Below, piece by piece: positions 57,297 to 64,000 of a stretch of 64,000 bases of DNA; positions within the stretch are counted from its first letter, which is position 1; each line of letters opens with the position of its first letter. Below the pieces are notes generated by a model. That model did not search any database, was not told where the DNA came from, and saw only the letters and a program-made list of their open reading frames with translations. This DNA is from an uncultured Acidobacteriota bacterium. Its GTDB lineage: Bacteria > Acidobacteriota > UBA6911. The translations under genes were made by a program, and so were the position numbers. The stretch lies in contig CAZDMR010000001.1 of NCBI GenBank assembly GCA_964506795.1, positions 87,975-151,974 on the forward strand. The letters are read 5' to 3'.

Positions 57297-58583
57297 ATGG
57301 CGGCTGGCGCTTTCGATGAACTGAAATGGCGGGGATTGATCTACGACAACACCGAAAACGTCCCCGAAATGCTTTCCTCCGGGCCGGTGACCGTTTATAA
57401 CGGCTTCGACGCAACCTCCGACAGCCTGCATGTCGGGCATATGGTTCCGCTGCTGGCCCTGGCTCGATTGCAGCGGTTCGGGCATATCCCCATCGCCGTC
57501 GCCGGGGGCGGGACGAGCATGATCGGCGATCCCAGCGGCAAAAAGGACGAACGCCAGCTTCTTTCGCGCGGCGCCATAGACGCCAACATCGAGATCATCA
57601 AGACGCAGCTTGCTCAATTCCTCGATTTCAACAATAAAACCAATCCGGCCCTCCTCGTGAACAACGCCGACTGGCTTCTTTCGCTGAACCTGGTCGATTT
57701 CCTCCGCGATATCGGCAAGCATTTTACGGTGAATTACATGATCAACAAGGATTCCGTAAAGATGCGCCTCGATCGCGAAGACGGCATTTCCTTCACCGAG
57801 TTCAGCTACATGCTGCTGCAATCCTACGATTTTCTTCATTTGCACGATCGCTTCGGATGCATGCTTCAGACCGGCGGCAGCGACCAGTGGGGAAACATTA
57901 CGGCGGGCGTTGAATTGATCCGCCGCAGGCGGGGAAAGAATGCGGGCGCCCTGGTGTATCCCCTCATCGTCAAGGCGGACGGCACCAAATTCGGGAAAAC
58001 GGAATCCGGCGCCGTATGGCTTTCGGCGCAGCGCACGTCGCCGTACCGTTTCTATCAATTCTGGCTGAACACGGACGACCGCGATGTAATCGGCTATTTG
58101 AGATTCTTTACCTGGCTCGGCGAAAACGATATCCGTGAGCTTGAAGCCGCGGCGGCGCAACGTCCCGAACAACGGGAAGCGCAACGCCGTCTGGCGGCCG
58201 AGATGACCCGCATGGTTCATAACGAAACGGCGCTTAAGAAAGCGGAACAGGCATCCCAGGTTCTCTTCGGAGGGGACATCGCGGGCCTGACGGCGGTCGA
58301 GGTTTCCGAAATCTTCGCCGATGTGCCTTCGAGCCAGATGTCCGGTTCGCAGCTGCGGGGCGGCGGTCTTCCGGCGCCGGAGCTCCTTCTGGCTTGCGGG
58401 ATGGCCGCTTCCAAGGGAGAGGCCCGGCGCGCGCTGGAATCCGGCGGCATTTACATCAACAACCGCCGCATCAATGACGCGGCATCGAGGATTACGCTTG
58501 AGGACGTCATCGACAATCAATTCATCGTTATGCGCAAGGGCCGCAAAAACTATTTGCTGGTCCGCGTAGTTCCGGGCGATTGA
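57297..58583 (+). CDS. tyrS: Tyrosine--tRNA ligase
   Basis: The HIGH-type motif ([11 protein letters not shown]), the KMSKS-type motif (KFGKTESG) and a C-terminal S4 domain are present. 428 aa. Confidence 0.92.
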   Translation: MAAGAFDELKWRGLIYDNTENVPEMLSSGPVTVYNGFDATSDSLHVGHMVPLLALARLQRFGHIPIAVAGGGTSMIGDPSGKKDERQLLSRGAIDANIEIIKTQLAQFLDFNNKTNPALLVNNADWLLSLNLVDFLRDIGKHFTVNYMINKDSVKMRLDREDGISFTEFSYMLLQSYDFLHLHDRFGCMLQTGGSDQWGNITAGVELIRRRRGKNAGALVYPLIVKADGTKFGKTESGAVWLSAQRTSPYRFYQFWLNTDDRDVIGYLRFFTWLGENDIRELEAAAAQRPEQREAQRRLAAEMTRMVHNETALKKAEQASQVLFGGDIAGLTAVEVSEIFADVPSSQMSGSQLRGGGLPAPELLLACGMAASKGEARRALESGGIYINNRRINDAASRITLEDVIDNQFIVMRKGRKNYLLVRVVPGD

Positions 58584-58764
58584 TCCCACTGCGCGCTTCC
58601 GGAGAGCGCCGCGGCTTTCGCGGCAACGCCGTTCGGCAAATCAATTCATAAAGCGGCCGTCTCGATGCATACGGCCGGTTGAAGGCATGGAAACAAGCGG
58701 GAAAGCAATCCAGTAGTTTCGTTCCTTTTTATGGAGGACACCCATTAAACGGGGGGCGGGCGAT

Positions 58765-61164
58765 ATGAGCGACTTCGAAAAGCTGGGCCAGTTTTATTTG
58801 GGCAGGCGATTCAATCCTTCGACCGGCAGCTTGGGAAAAGACCCGGTCCTGTATGACTCAAAGGACCTTGTCACGCACGGAGTCTGCGTCGGCATGACCG
58901 GCAGCGGAAAGACCGGTTTGTGCATCGCGCTGTTGGAAGAGGCCGCTATCGATAATATTCCTTCGATCGTCATCGATCCAAAAGGCGATATGACGAACCT
59001 GCTGCTGAATTTTCCGAACCTCAGCGAGGCTGATTTTCTCCCCTGGATCAATGCCGATGACGCCGCAAGGGCCGACAAATCCCCCGAGCAATATGCCGCC
59101 GAACAAGCCGAGATCTGGAAGAAGGGATTGCAGCAATGGGGTCAGGACGGGCGCCGCATACTCAAGCTGGCGCAATCGGCCGACTTCGCTCTCTATACCC
59201 CCGGAAGCACCTCCGGAATGCCCGTATCGGTTCTCAACAGTTTCAACTGCCCCGCCGCTGCGGTTCTGGAAGACCGGGAAGCAACGGCCGATTTGATATC
59301 CTCGGCGACCACCGGCCTCCTGGGACTGGCGGGAGTCGCGGCGGATCCCGTCAGCAGCCGCGAACACGTCCTGATATCAAACATCATCCAGCATAGTTGG
59401 AAACAGGGGCATGACATCGATATCGCCTCGTTGATCCGCTCGATTCAGTCGCCTCCCTTCGAGCGGGTGGGCGCTTTCCCCACCGACTCTTTTTTCCCCG
59501 AGCGGGAGAGGTTTGAATTGGCTTTGAAGCTGAACAATCTCCTTGCCGCCCCCGGATTCGGCGCCTGGCTGGAAGGCGAACCTTTGGACGCAGGGCGCTT
59601 TCTGCATACCGCCGAAGGCCGTCCGCGCGTATCGATTTTCAGCATCGCTCATCTAACCGATGCAGAGCGCATGTTTTTCGTGACGCTCCTTCTGAATCAG
59701 ACGGCAGCCTGGATGCGAAGCCAGCCCGGGACCACAAGCCTGCGCGCTCTGATTTATATGGATGAAGTTTCCGGCTACCTTCCTCCCGTCGCCGAACCCC
59801 CTTCCAAGAAGCCTTTAATGCTTCTTTTCAAGCAAGCCCGCGCCTTCGGCCTCGGCGTGCTGCTTGCCACGCAGAATCCCGCGGATCTGGATTACAAAGC
59901 GCTGTCCAACGCGGGGACTTGGTTTATCGGACGTCTGCAGACGCCTCAGGACATCGACCGGCTGATTAAAGGACTGGGCGCTGATTCCGAGGAATCCGAA
60001 GAGAATTTGCGCAAATTGCTCGGTTCCTTGGGCAAGCGCGTCTTCCTGATGAAAAATATTCACGAAAACGCCTTGGAAGTTTTCTACACGCGCTGGTGCC
60101 TGTCCTATCTTCGAGGGCCGCTCGCGCCGGCTCAGATAAAGCTGTTGAGCTCCGGCAAAAAGGAGAGGCATCGGGATATACCCGGGAACGCCGCTCCGCA
60201 CTCGGCAAATGTCCCCGGCGCCCTTGCGGCAGACCGTCCGAGCCTGCCTCCATCCGTCCCCGAGTTCTTTTTGCCGCTGCGAGGGGCCAAACCTTCCGGC
60301 GCCTCCGTCTTATACAAACCCGTAATCTGCGCTTTCGGCAATGTAAATTTCGCCGGCAGCCTGAACCTCCGCAAAACATTCATGGCGGACATCGCCGGGG
60401 AGGTCTTCTCTTTGAATTGGGATGAATCCCAGGCCGGCGATTTTGATGAAACTCAGATGGAAAAGGAGCCCATCGCGCCGGCGGAGTTCGCGCCGCTGGC
60501 CGCGGCAGCCTCCAAGCCCGAGAACTATAAGGTCTGGAGCCGGGACTTTGAAAATTTCCTTTATCGCACCGCAGCGATCGAAATGTACCGGAGCCCGGAA
60601 TTCAAAACAACTTCAAATCCCGGAGAATCCGAGAGCGATTTCCGCATCCGATTAAGCCAGCTCGCGCGCGAAAAACGGGATTTGACGGTGGAAAAACTGA
60701 GGGACAAATACGGGGCGAAAATCGCCCGCCTCGAGGATCGAATTCGGCGTGCGGCACAGCGCCTCGAAAAGGAAAAATCCGACGTCCAGCAGGCCGGCGT
60801 TCATACGGCTATTTCTCTCGGCGCAACCTTGCTCGGCGCCTTCCTGGGCCGCAAAGCTTTTTCCTCGGGAACGCTCGGGCGCGCATCCACGACCATGCGA
60901 AGAGGGATGAAGACCGCAAAGGAACGATCCGATATCGAAACCGCTTCTGAGGATCTGCAATTCCTTCAGCGGCAGAAGGAAGATCTTGAGGCCGAATTCA
61001 ATTCCGAAATAAAGGCGTTGGAAGGATCCACCGATCCCCTCCAGCAGAAAATTCAAACGGTCGTCCGGCGCGCAAAAAAGGCCGATATTTCCATCTCCCT
61101 GGTTACGGTTCTATGGCTTCCGCACTGGAAGACCCCTCAAGGCACGATTCATCCGGCCTATTAA
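58765..61164 (+). CDS. HerA/FtsK-like (DUF87/DUF853-type) P-loop NTPase with a long C-terminal coiled-coil region
   Basis: Walker A motif CVGMTGSGKTGL followed by IVIDPKGD. The 799-aa protein ends in coiled-coil segments (EKLRDKYGAKIARLEDRIRRAAQRLEKEK). Confidence 0.6.
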   Translation: MSDFEKLGQFYLGRRFNPSTGSLGKDPVLYDSKDLVTHGVCVGMTGSGKTGLCIALLEEAAIDNIPSIVIDPKGDMTNLLLNFPNLSEADFLPWINADDAARADKSPEQYAAEQAEIWKKGLQQWGQDGRRILKLAQSADFALYTPGSTSGMPVSVLNSFNCPAAAVLEDREATADLISSATTGLLGLAGVAADPVSSREHVLISNIIQHSWKQGHDIDIASLIRSIQSPPFERVGAFPTDSFFPERERFELALKLNNLLAAPGFGAWLEGEPLDAGRFLHTAEGRPRVSIFSIAHLTDAERMFFVTLLLNQTAAWMRSQPGTTSLRALIYMDEVSGYLPPVAEPPSKKPLMLLFKQARAFGLGVLLATQNPADLDYKALSNAGTWFIGRLQTPQDIDRLIKGLGADSEESEENLRKLLGSLGKRVFLMKNIHENALEVFYTRWCLSYLRGPLAPAQIKLLSSGKKERHRDIPGNAAPHSANVPGALAADRPSLPPSVPEFFLPLRGAKPSGASVLYKPVICAFGNVNFAGSLNLRKTFMADIAGEVFSLNWDESQAGDFDETQMEKEPIAPAEFAPLAAAASKPENYKVWSRDFENFLYRTAAIEMYRSPEFKTTSNPGESESDFRIRLSQLAREKRDLTVEKLRDKYGAKIARLEDRIRRAAQRLEKEKSDVQQAGVHTAISLGATLLGAFLGRKAFSSGTLGRASTTMRRGMKTAKERSDIETASEDLQFLQRQKEDLEAEFNSEIKALEGSTDPLQQKIQTVVRRAKKADISISLVTVLWLPHWKTPQGTIHPAY

Positions 61165-61200
61165 TCCGGATTATTCACGAGGATCCGCAGCGAGGCGGTA
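61161..61200. repeat. Repeat-family copy starting on the TAA stop of the HerA-like gene
   Basis: TTAATCCGGATTATTCACGAGGATCCGCAGCGAGGCGGTA. A 13-nt partial copy (TTAATCCGGATTA) also sits on the Yip1 stop at 57066-57078. Confidence 0.55.
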
Positions 61201-61294
61201 CGGGCGCCTAAGGGGTTGGGAGGTGCCGCGCCGCCCCGCGATGAATTTTCACGAACGAGGCGGCGCCGGCGTCCTTTCCGTGTCTCGAAGCGCT

Positions 61295-62872
61295 TTATTC
61301 GCCCGGCTCGACGCAGGTGAAATTGGCCGCGTCGTCGATATCGCCGCTCCCGTTATATTTTGCTACTTTGGGATAGGGACATGTGGGCCGGGTGCGGTAG
61401 ACCTCTCCGGGCTTGCCCATCCCGGACGTCTGGCCTCCGCCTTTTCGATGAGAGTAGATGATCCTGTCCGGAGCCTTGCCTTCCTCGACCCACCGCTCCA
61501 TGGCCTCAAGAGCGGGATAATCCCCAACATTCGCAATGAAACCCGGGCAGCCGCCCGATCCGGGCACGGTGAAAAGCCGCACGAAATCCTGCGTCTGCCC
61601 GCGCCCGCCCATCACCTTCTCAACGCTTTTGTAATATTCGATAAGCTGCCTCGGCGGAAGCCCCATGCTGTTCCAGGACATGATCATGATGAGCTTGCCG
61701 CCCGCCTTCTTAAAAGCCCTCAGATCGGGACTGTTCCCATCCACATACTTGCTCGTGCGTTCTATAGCAAGCCGGGTATCCCTATCCAGGTCGAAGGTGC
61801 GGAAATCCCAATCGCGGTCCTGAAAAACCATGCCCTTGAAATAGTTGATGTTGACCGAGAAGGGTTCCTTCTCAATCATAAAGGCCCAATTCAATTCGCT
61901 TCCCCGTTCAAATCCCGTGTAGATCGGCGTGCCGTCCTTAAATTTAGCCCCTTCATAAATCTTTCTTGCCGTATCCACCTGTGCGGCGGTCAGGCAGGTC
62001 GGAGCATCCGGGCCGTCGCACTGAATGCTTGCCGGATCGAATTTGCAGCGCGTGGGATCCTCTATGAGGCCGTCGACAAGCCCGTCATTCCCGTCGCAGG
62101 CATCCATCACCGCCTTATTGAGCACGGCGAGCTTGGCTGTTGGAATATACCCGGGAGCGCCGATTCCGTCCTTTAGAGCCAGCCAGCTGACGTACAGGGA
62201 ACCCGGCTGCAGGTGCGATATGTGGAAAGCGGGATCGCCGGCGACAATCCCGTCGAAGTCTTCGGGATATCGCTGCGCTTCGTTAAGTCCCTGGTTGCCG
62301 CCGTTATGGCAGCTGTTCCAATAAGAATATTTAATGGGCTTGCCGTAATATTTACGGGCGAGCTCCTTGGTCAGCACCGCCATTTCATGGACGGCTCGAT
62401 ATCCCCAGTCCGCCCATTTTTCGGGATGGCCGATGGCCCATTCAAAGCCTTCGTCCACATGTCCCGTGTCGGTTCCCGCGGCTACGTACCCTCTTTGCAT
62501 GATCTGCGCCAGCCCCACGCTGGAGAGCGAGCCGATGAACCCGGGATTGCCTGCAGCCAGAAATTTCCCGTTCCAGTTTGCCGGGTCCGGGAGCCACACT
62601 TCGAGGCCGATATGAGAATCGCTGGTCGGCGCCGAATAAGCTTGGACTCTGCAAAAAGCGACGGGGACTTTCATGGCCGGCATAACCCCGATAAAGCCGG
62701 GTTGGGCGGGTAATTCAAATCCGGGCTTGCCGGCCGTTGCGGAAGTGATGGTGACGTTGGGAATTTTAACGGACATCAAGCTTTCGCAGGACTGCTGGGC
62801 GGCCGCCGGAAGCGAAACAAATGCCAAAACTGCCGCTAAAGCTGCATATAAAACGGGTCCGGGATGCTTCAT
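61295..62872 (-). CDS. Tannase/feruloyl-esterase family hydrolase, secreted
   Basis: A signal peptide and tannase-family Cys-rich blocks. The start at ATG 62872 follows AAGGAGG. Confidence 0.65.
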   Translation of the reverse strand: MKHPGPVLYAALAAVLAFVSLPAAAQQSCESLMSVKIPNVTITSATAGKPGFELPAQPGFIGVMPAMKVPVAFCRVQAYSAPTSDSHIGLEVWLPDPANWNGKFLAAGNPGFIGSLSSVGLAQIMQRGYVAAGTDTGHVDEGFEWAIGHPEKWADWGYRAVHEMAVLTKELARKYYGKPIKYSYWNSCHNGGNQGLNEAQRYPEDFDGIVAGDPAFHISHLQPGSLYVSWLALKDGIGAPGYIPTAKLAVLNKAVMDACDGNDGLVDGLIEDPTRCKFDPASIQCDGPDAPTCLTAAQVDTARKIYEGAKFKDGTPIYTGFERGSELNWAFMIEKEPFSVNINYFKGMVFQDRDWDFRTFDLDRDTRLAIERTSKYVDGNSPDLRAFKKAGGKLIMIMSWNSMGLPPRQLIEYYKSVEKVMGGRGQTQDFVRLFTVPGSGGCPGFIANVGDYPALEAMERWVEEGKAPDRIIYSHRKGGGQTSGMGKPGEVYRTRPTCPYPKVAKYNGSGDIDDAANFTCVEPGE

Positions 62873-63028
62873 AAAAAGGCCTCCTTGAACGGTTTTCGAT
62901 TCCAAATCGGACAAGCTGCTAGATGCTGCGCATTATACTTTAACCGCCAGGATGTTTGCTCTGGAAATCGGCTTTCCGCTTGCCTATATTGAAGGGTTTG
63001 TTTATTTATGCCGGCGCAATAAAAGTAC

Positions 63029-64000
63029 ATGAGAGAAAACGAACTGAATGATCTCGGCATTTTCCGCATTCCTTTGCCCATTCCCTTCGCCAAGGCCGGG
63101 GGCCCGGTCAACGTTTATTTGATCGAAGAGGAACGGGGGCTGTTGCTCTACGACGCGGGGCTTGGCACGGAAAGCTCCCTGGCGGCTCTCGCCGATGGCT
63201 TCGCGCGCACGGGGCACCGCTTTCAAGACGTGAACCGTATTGTCCTGTCCCACGGGCATGTCGACCATTACGGCGCGGCGACCTGGATTCTTGAACACAT
63301 CGGGGAAAAAATTCCTATACTGATTCACAGTGCGGACGCGGAAAAAGTTCTGGAATCAGGCATGGCCTTGCCGGATATGCTCAAGCGGAATCGCCGTTAT
63401 CTGCTGCGGCTGGGATTCCCTCTCAAAGTGTTTGAAGAAATGGTTTCCGCCGTCAACAGCGAGCCCCACATGGGCGAAAGACTGGCGGAAGTGGCGCCGC
63501 TTTGCCCCGGAGACCGGTTCCGGTGCAAACACGTCACCCTTGAAGTCCATCACATGCCCGGCCATACGCCCGGCCTTTGCTGCTTCTACGATCGCGCCCA
63601 TCGGATTTTCTTTTCGGCCGACCACCTCCTCGAGCGCGTGTCCCCCAATCCCGTCATCGACCTCGACCCCGGCGGGGAGCCTTCGTCTTTCAAACCTCTC
63701 GTTTCCTATTTCAATTCCATCGACCGGCTGAACTCGTTGAATATTGATCTCGTCCTTCCCGGCCATGCATCTCCTTTCACGGGGCACCGGGGCGTCATCC
63801 GCTCGCTATCCGCCTTTTATCACCGCCGCCAGGCAAAGCTGCTCAGCGCCTTGGGCCGCGAGCCGCGCACTGTCTATGAAGCCATGCGGGCGCTTTTCCC
63901 TTTCAGCAAGGCTTTCGAGCTCGTCTTGACGCTGTCTGAAACTCTGGGAAACCTGCAGGTGCTGGAGGAAAAAGGAAAGGTTGAGCGCGATGCCGGGGGC
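63029..64000 (+). CDS. MBL-fold metallo-hydrolase (3-prime partial; runs off the window; absent from the supplied ORF track)
   Basis: Frame +2 is open from ATG 63029 to the window end (324 codons). The MBL motifs are present: HGHVDHYG, a His in MPGHTPG, and D in FFSADHL. Confidence 0.75.
   Translation, partial: MRENELNDLGIFRIPLPIPFAKAGGPVNVYLIEEERGLLLYDAGLGTESSLAALADGFARTGHRFQDVNRIVLSHGHVDHYGAATWILEHIGEKIPILIHSADAEKVLESGMALPDMLKRNRRYLLRLGFPLKVFEEMVSAVNSEPHMGERLAEVAPLCPGDRFRCKHVTLEVHHMPGHTPGLCCFYDRAHRIFFSADHLLERVSPNPVIDLDPGGEPSSFKPLVSYFNSIDRLNSLNIDLVLPGHASPFTGHRGVIRSLSAFYHRRQAKLLSALGREPRTVYEAMRALFPFSKAFELVLTLSETLGNLQVLEEKGKVERDAGG

Noticed and set aside
62915-63028. Possible degenerate repeat copy (TTTAACCGCCAGGATGTTTGC) in the tannase/MBL divergent region
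   Set aside because: Similarity to the family is weak and interrupted.
63330-63787. Track ORFs 63330-63731 (+) and 63356-63787 (-)
   Set aside because: They overlap the much better supported MBL-hydrolase reading frame (63029 to end), which has intact HxHxDH metal-binding motifs.
1-64000. CRISPR arrays, rRNA, tRNA, integrases or transposases
   Set aside because: No direct-repeat/spacer periodicity is visible. There are no rRNA-like or cloverleaf-sized conserved segments in the short intergenic gaps, and no transposase or integrase ORFs.

Overview
This is a high-GC window, probably a Gram-negative anaerobe or facultative anaerobe. It is gene-dense on both strands with overlapping stop/start codons. 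About 48 protein-coding genes are supportable. I see no rRNA, tRNA or CRISPR. The last CDS (MBL hydrolase, 63029 to window end) runs off the window and is missing from the supplied ORF track. Part 1 content, in window order: a partial P1B-type heavy-metal ATPase (1-1496); pyruvate:ferredoxin oxidoreductase with its DHOD-like partner (1512-6164); a SufC/SufBD Fe-S assembly pair (6816-8493); a plant-sugar utilisation block of xylulokinase, GH3 beta-glucosidase, SDR, uronate isomerase and two MFS transporters (8513-17446); a URO-D-family protein; a PilZ protein facing an EAL(ELL)-HDOD protein; a carboxylesterase and AsnA; an L-rhamnose operon rhaT-rhaA-rhaB ending in an unusual aldolase; three adjacent multihaem c-type cytochromes with 8, 6 and 5 CxxCH motifs (29523-33763); a beta-CASP RNase; an ArsR-TolC-MFP-RND efflux operon; a LysM amidase; a tandem universal stress protein; tyrosine-tRNA ligase; an orphan HerA/FtsK-like ATPase; and a tannase-family esterase. 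Part 2 highlights: (1) the rhamnose-operon aldolase (28222-29418) is an N-terminal BMC-H shell domain fused to a class II aldolase, followed by a Pro-rich linker and an encapsulation-peptide-like helix, with no other shell genes in the window. (2) An operon-like minus-strand cluster at 35370-43563 combines sulfur-carrier genes (two DsrE-like, TusA) with heterodisulfide-reductase-like redox genes, including an HdrA that carries an inserted GltD/NfnB-like NAD(P)H module and a Cys-depleted MvhD-like protein; an ArsR regulator is embedded in it. (3) A peroxiredoxin (53679-54287) has an in-frame TGA exactly at the peroxidatic-cysteine codon, followed by a SECIS-like hairpin; the resolving cysteine is replaced by Thr. 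(4) A dispersed repeat family with core TTAAYCCGGATTATTCACGAGGATYCGC occurs at least seven times next to gene ends, and two copies have MITE-like terminal inverted repeats.
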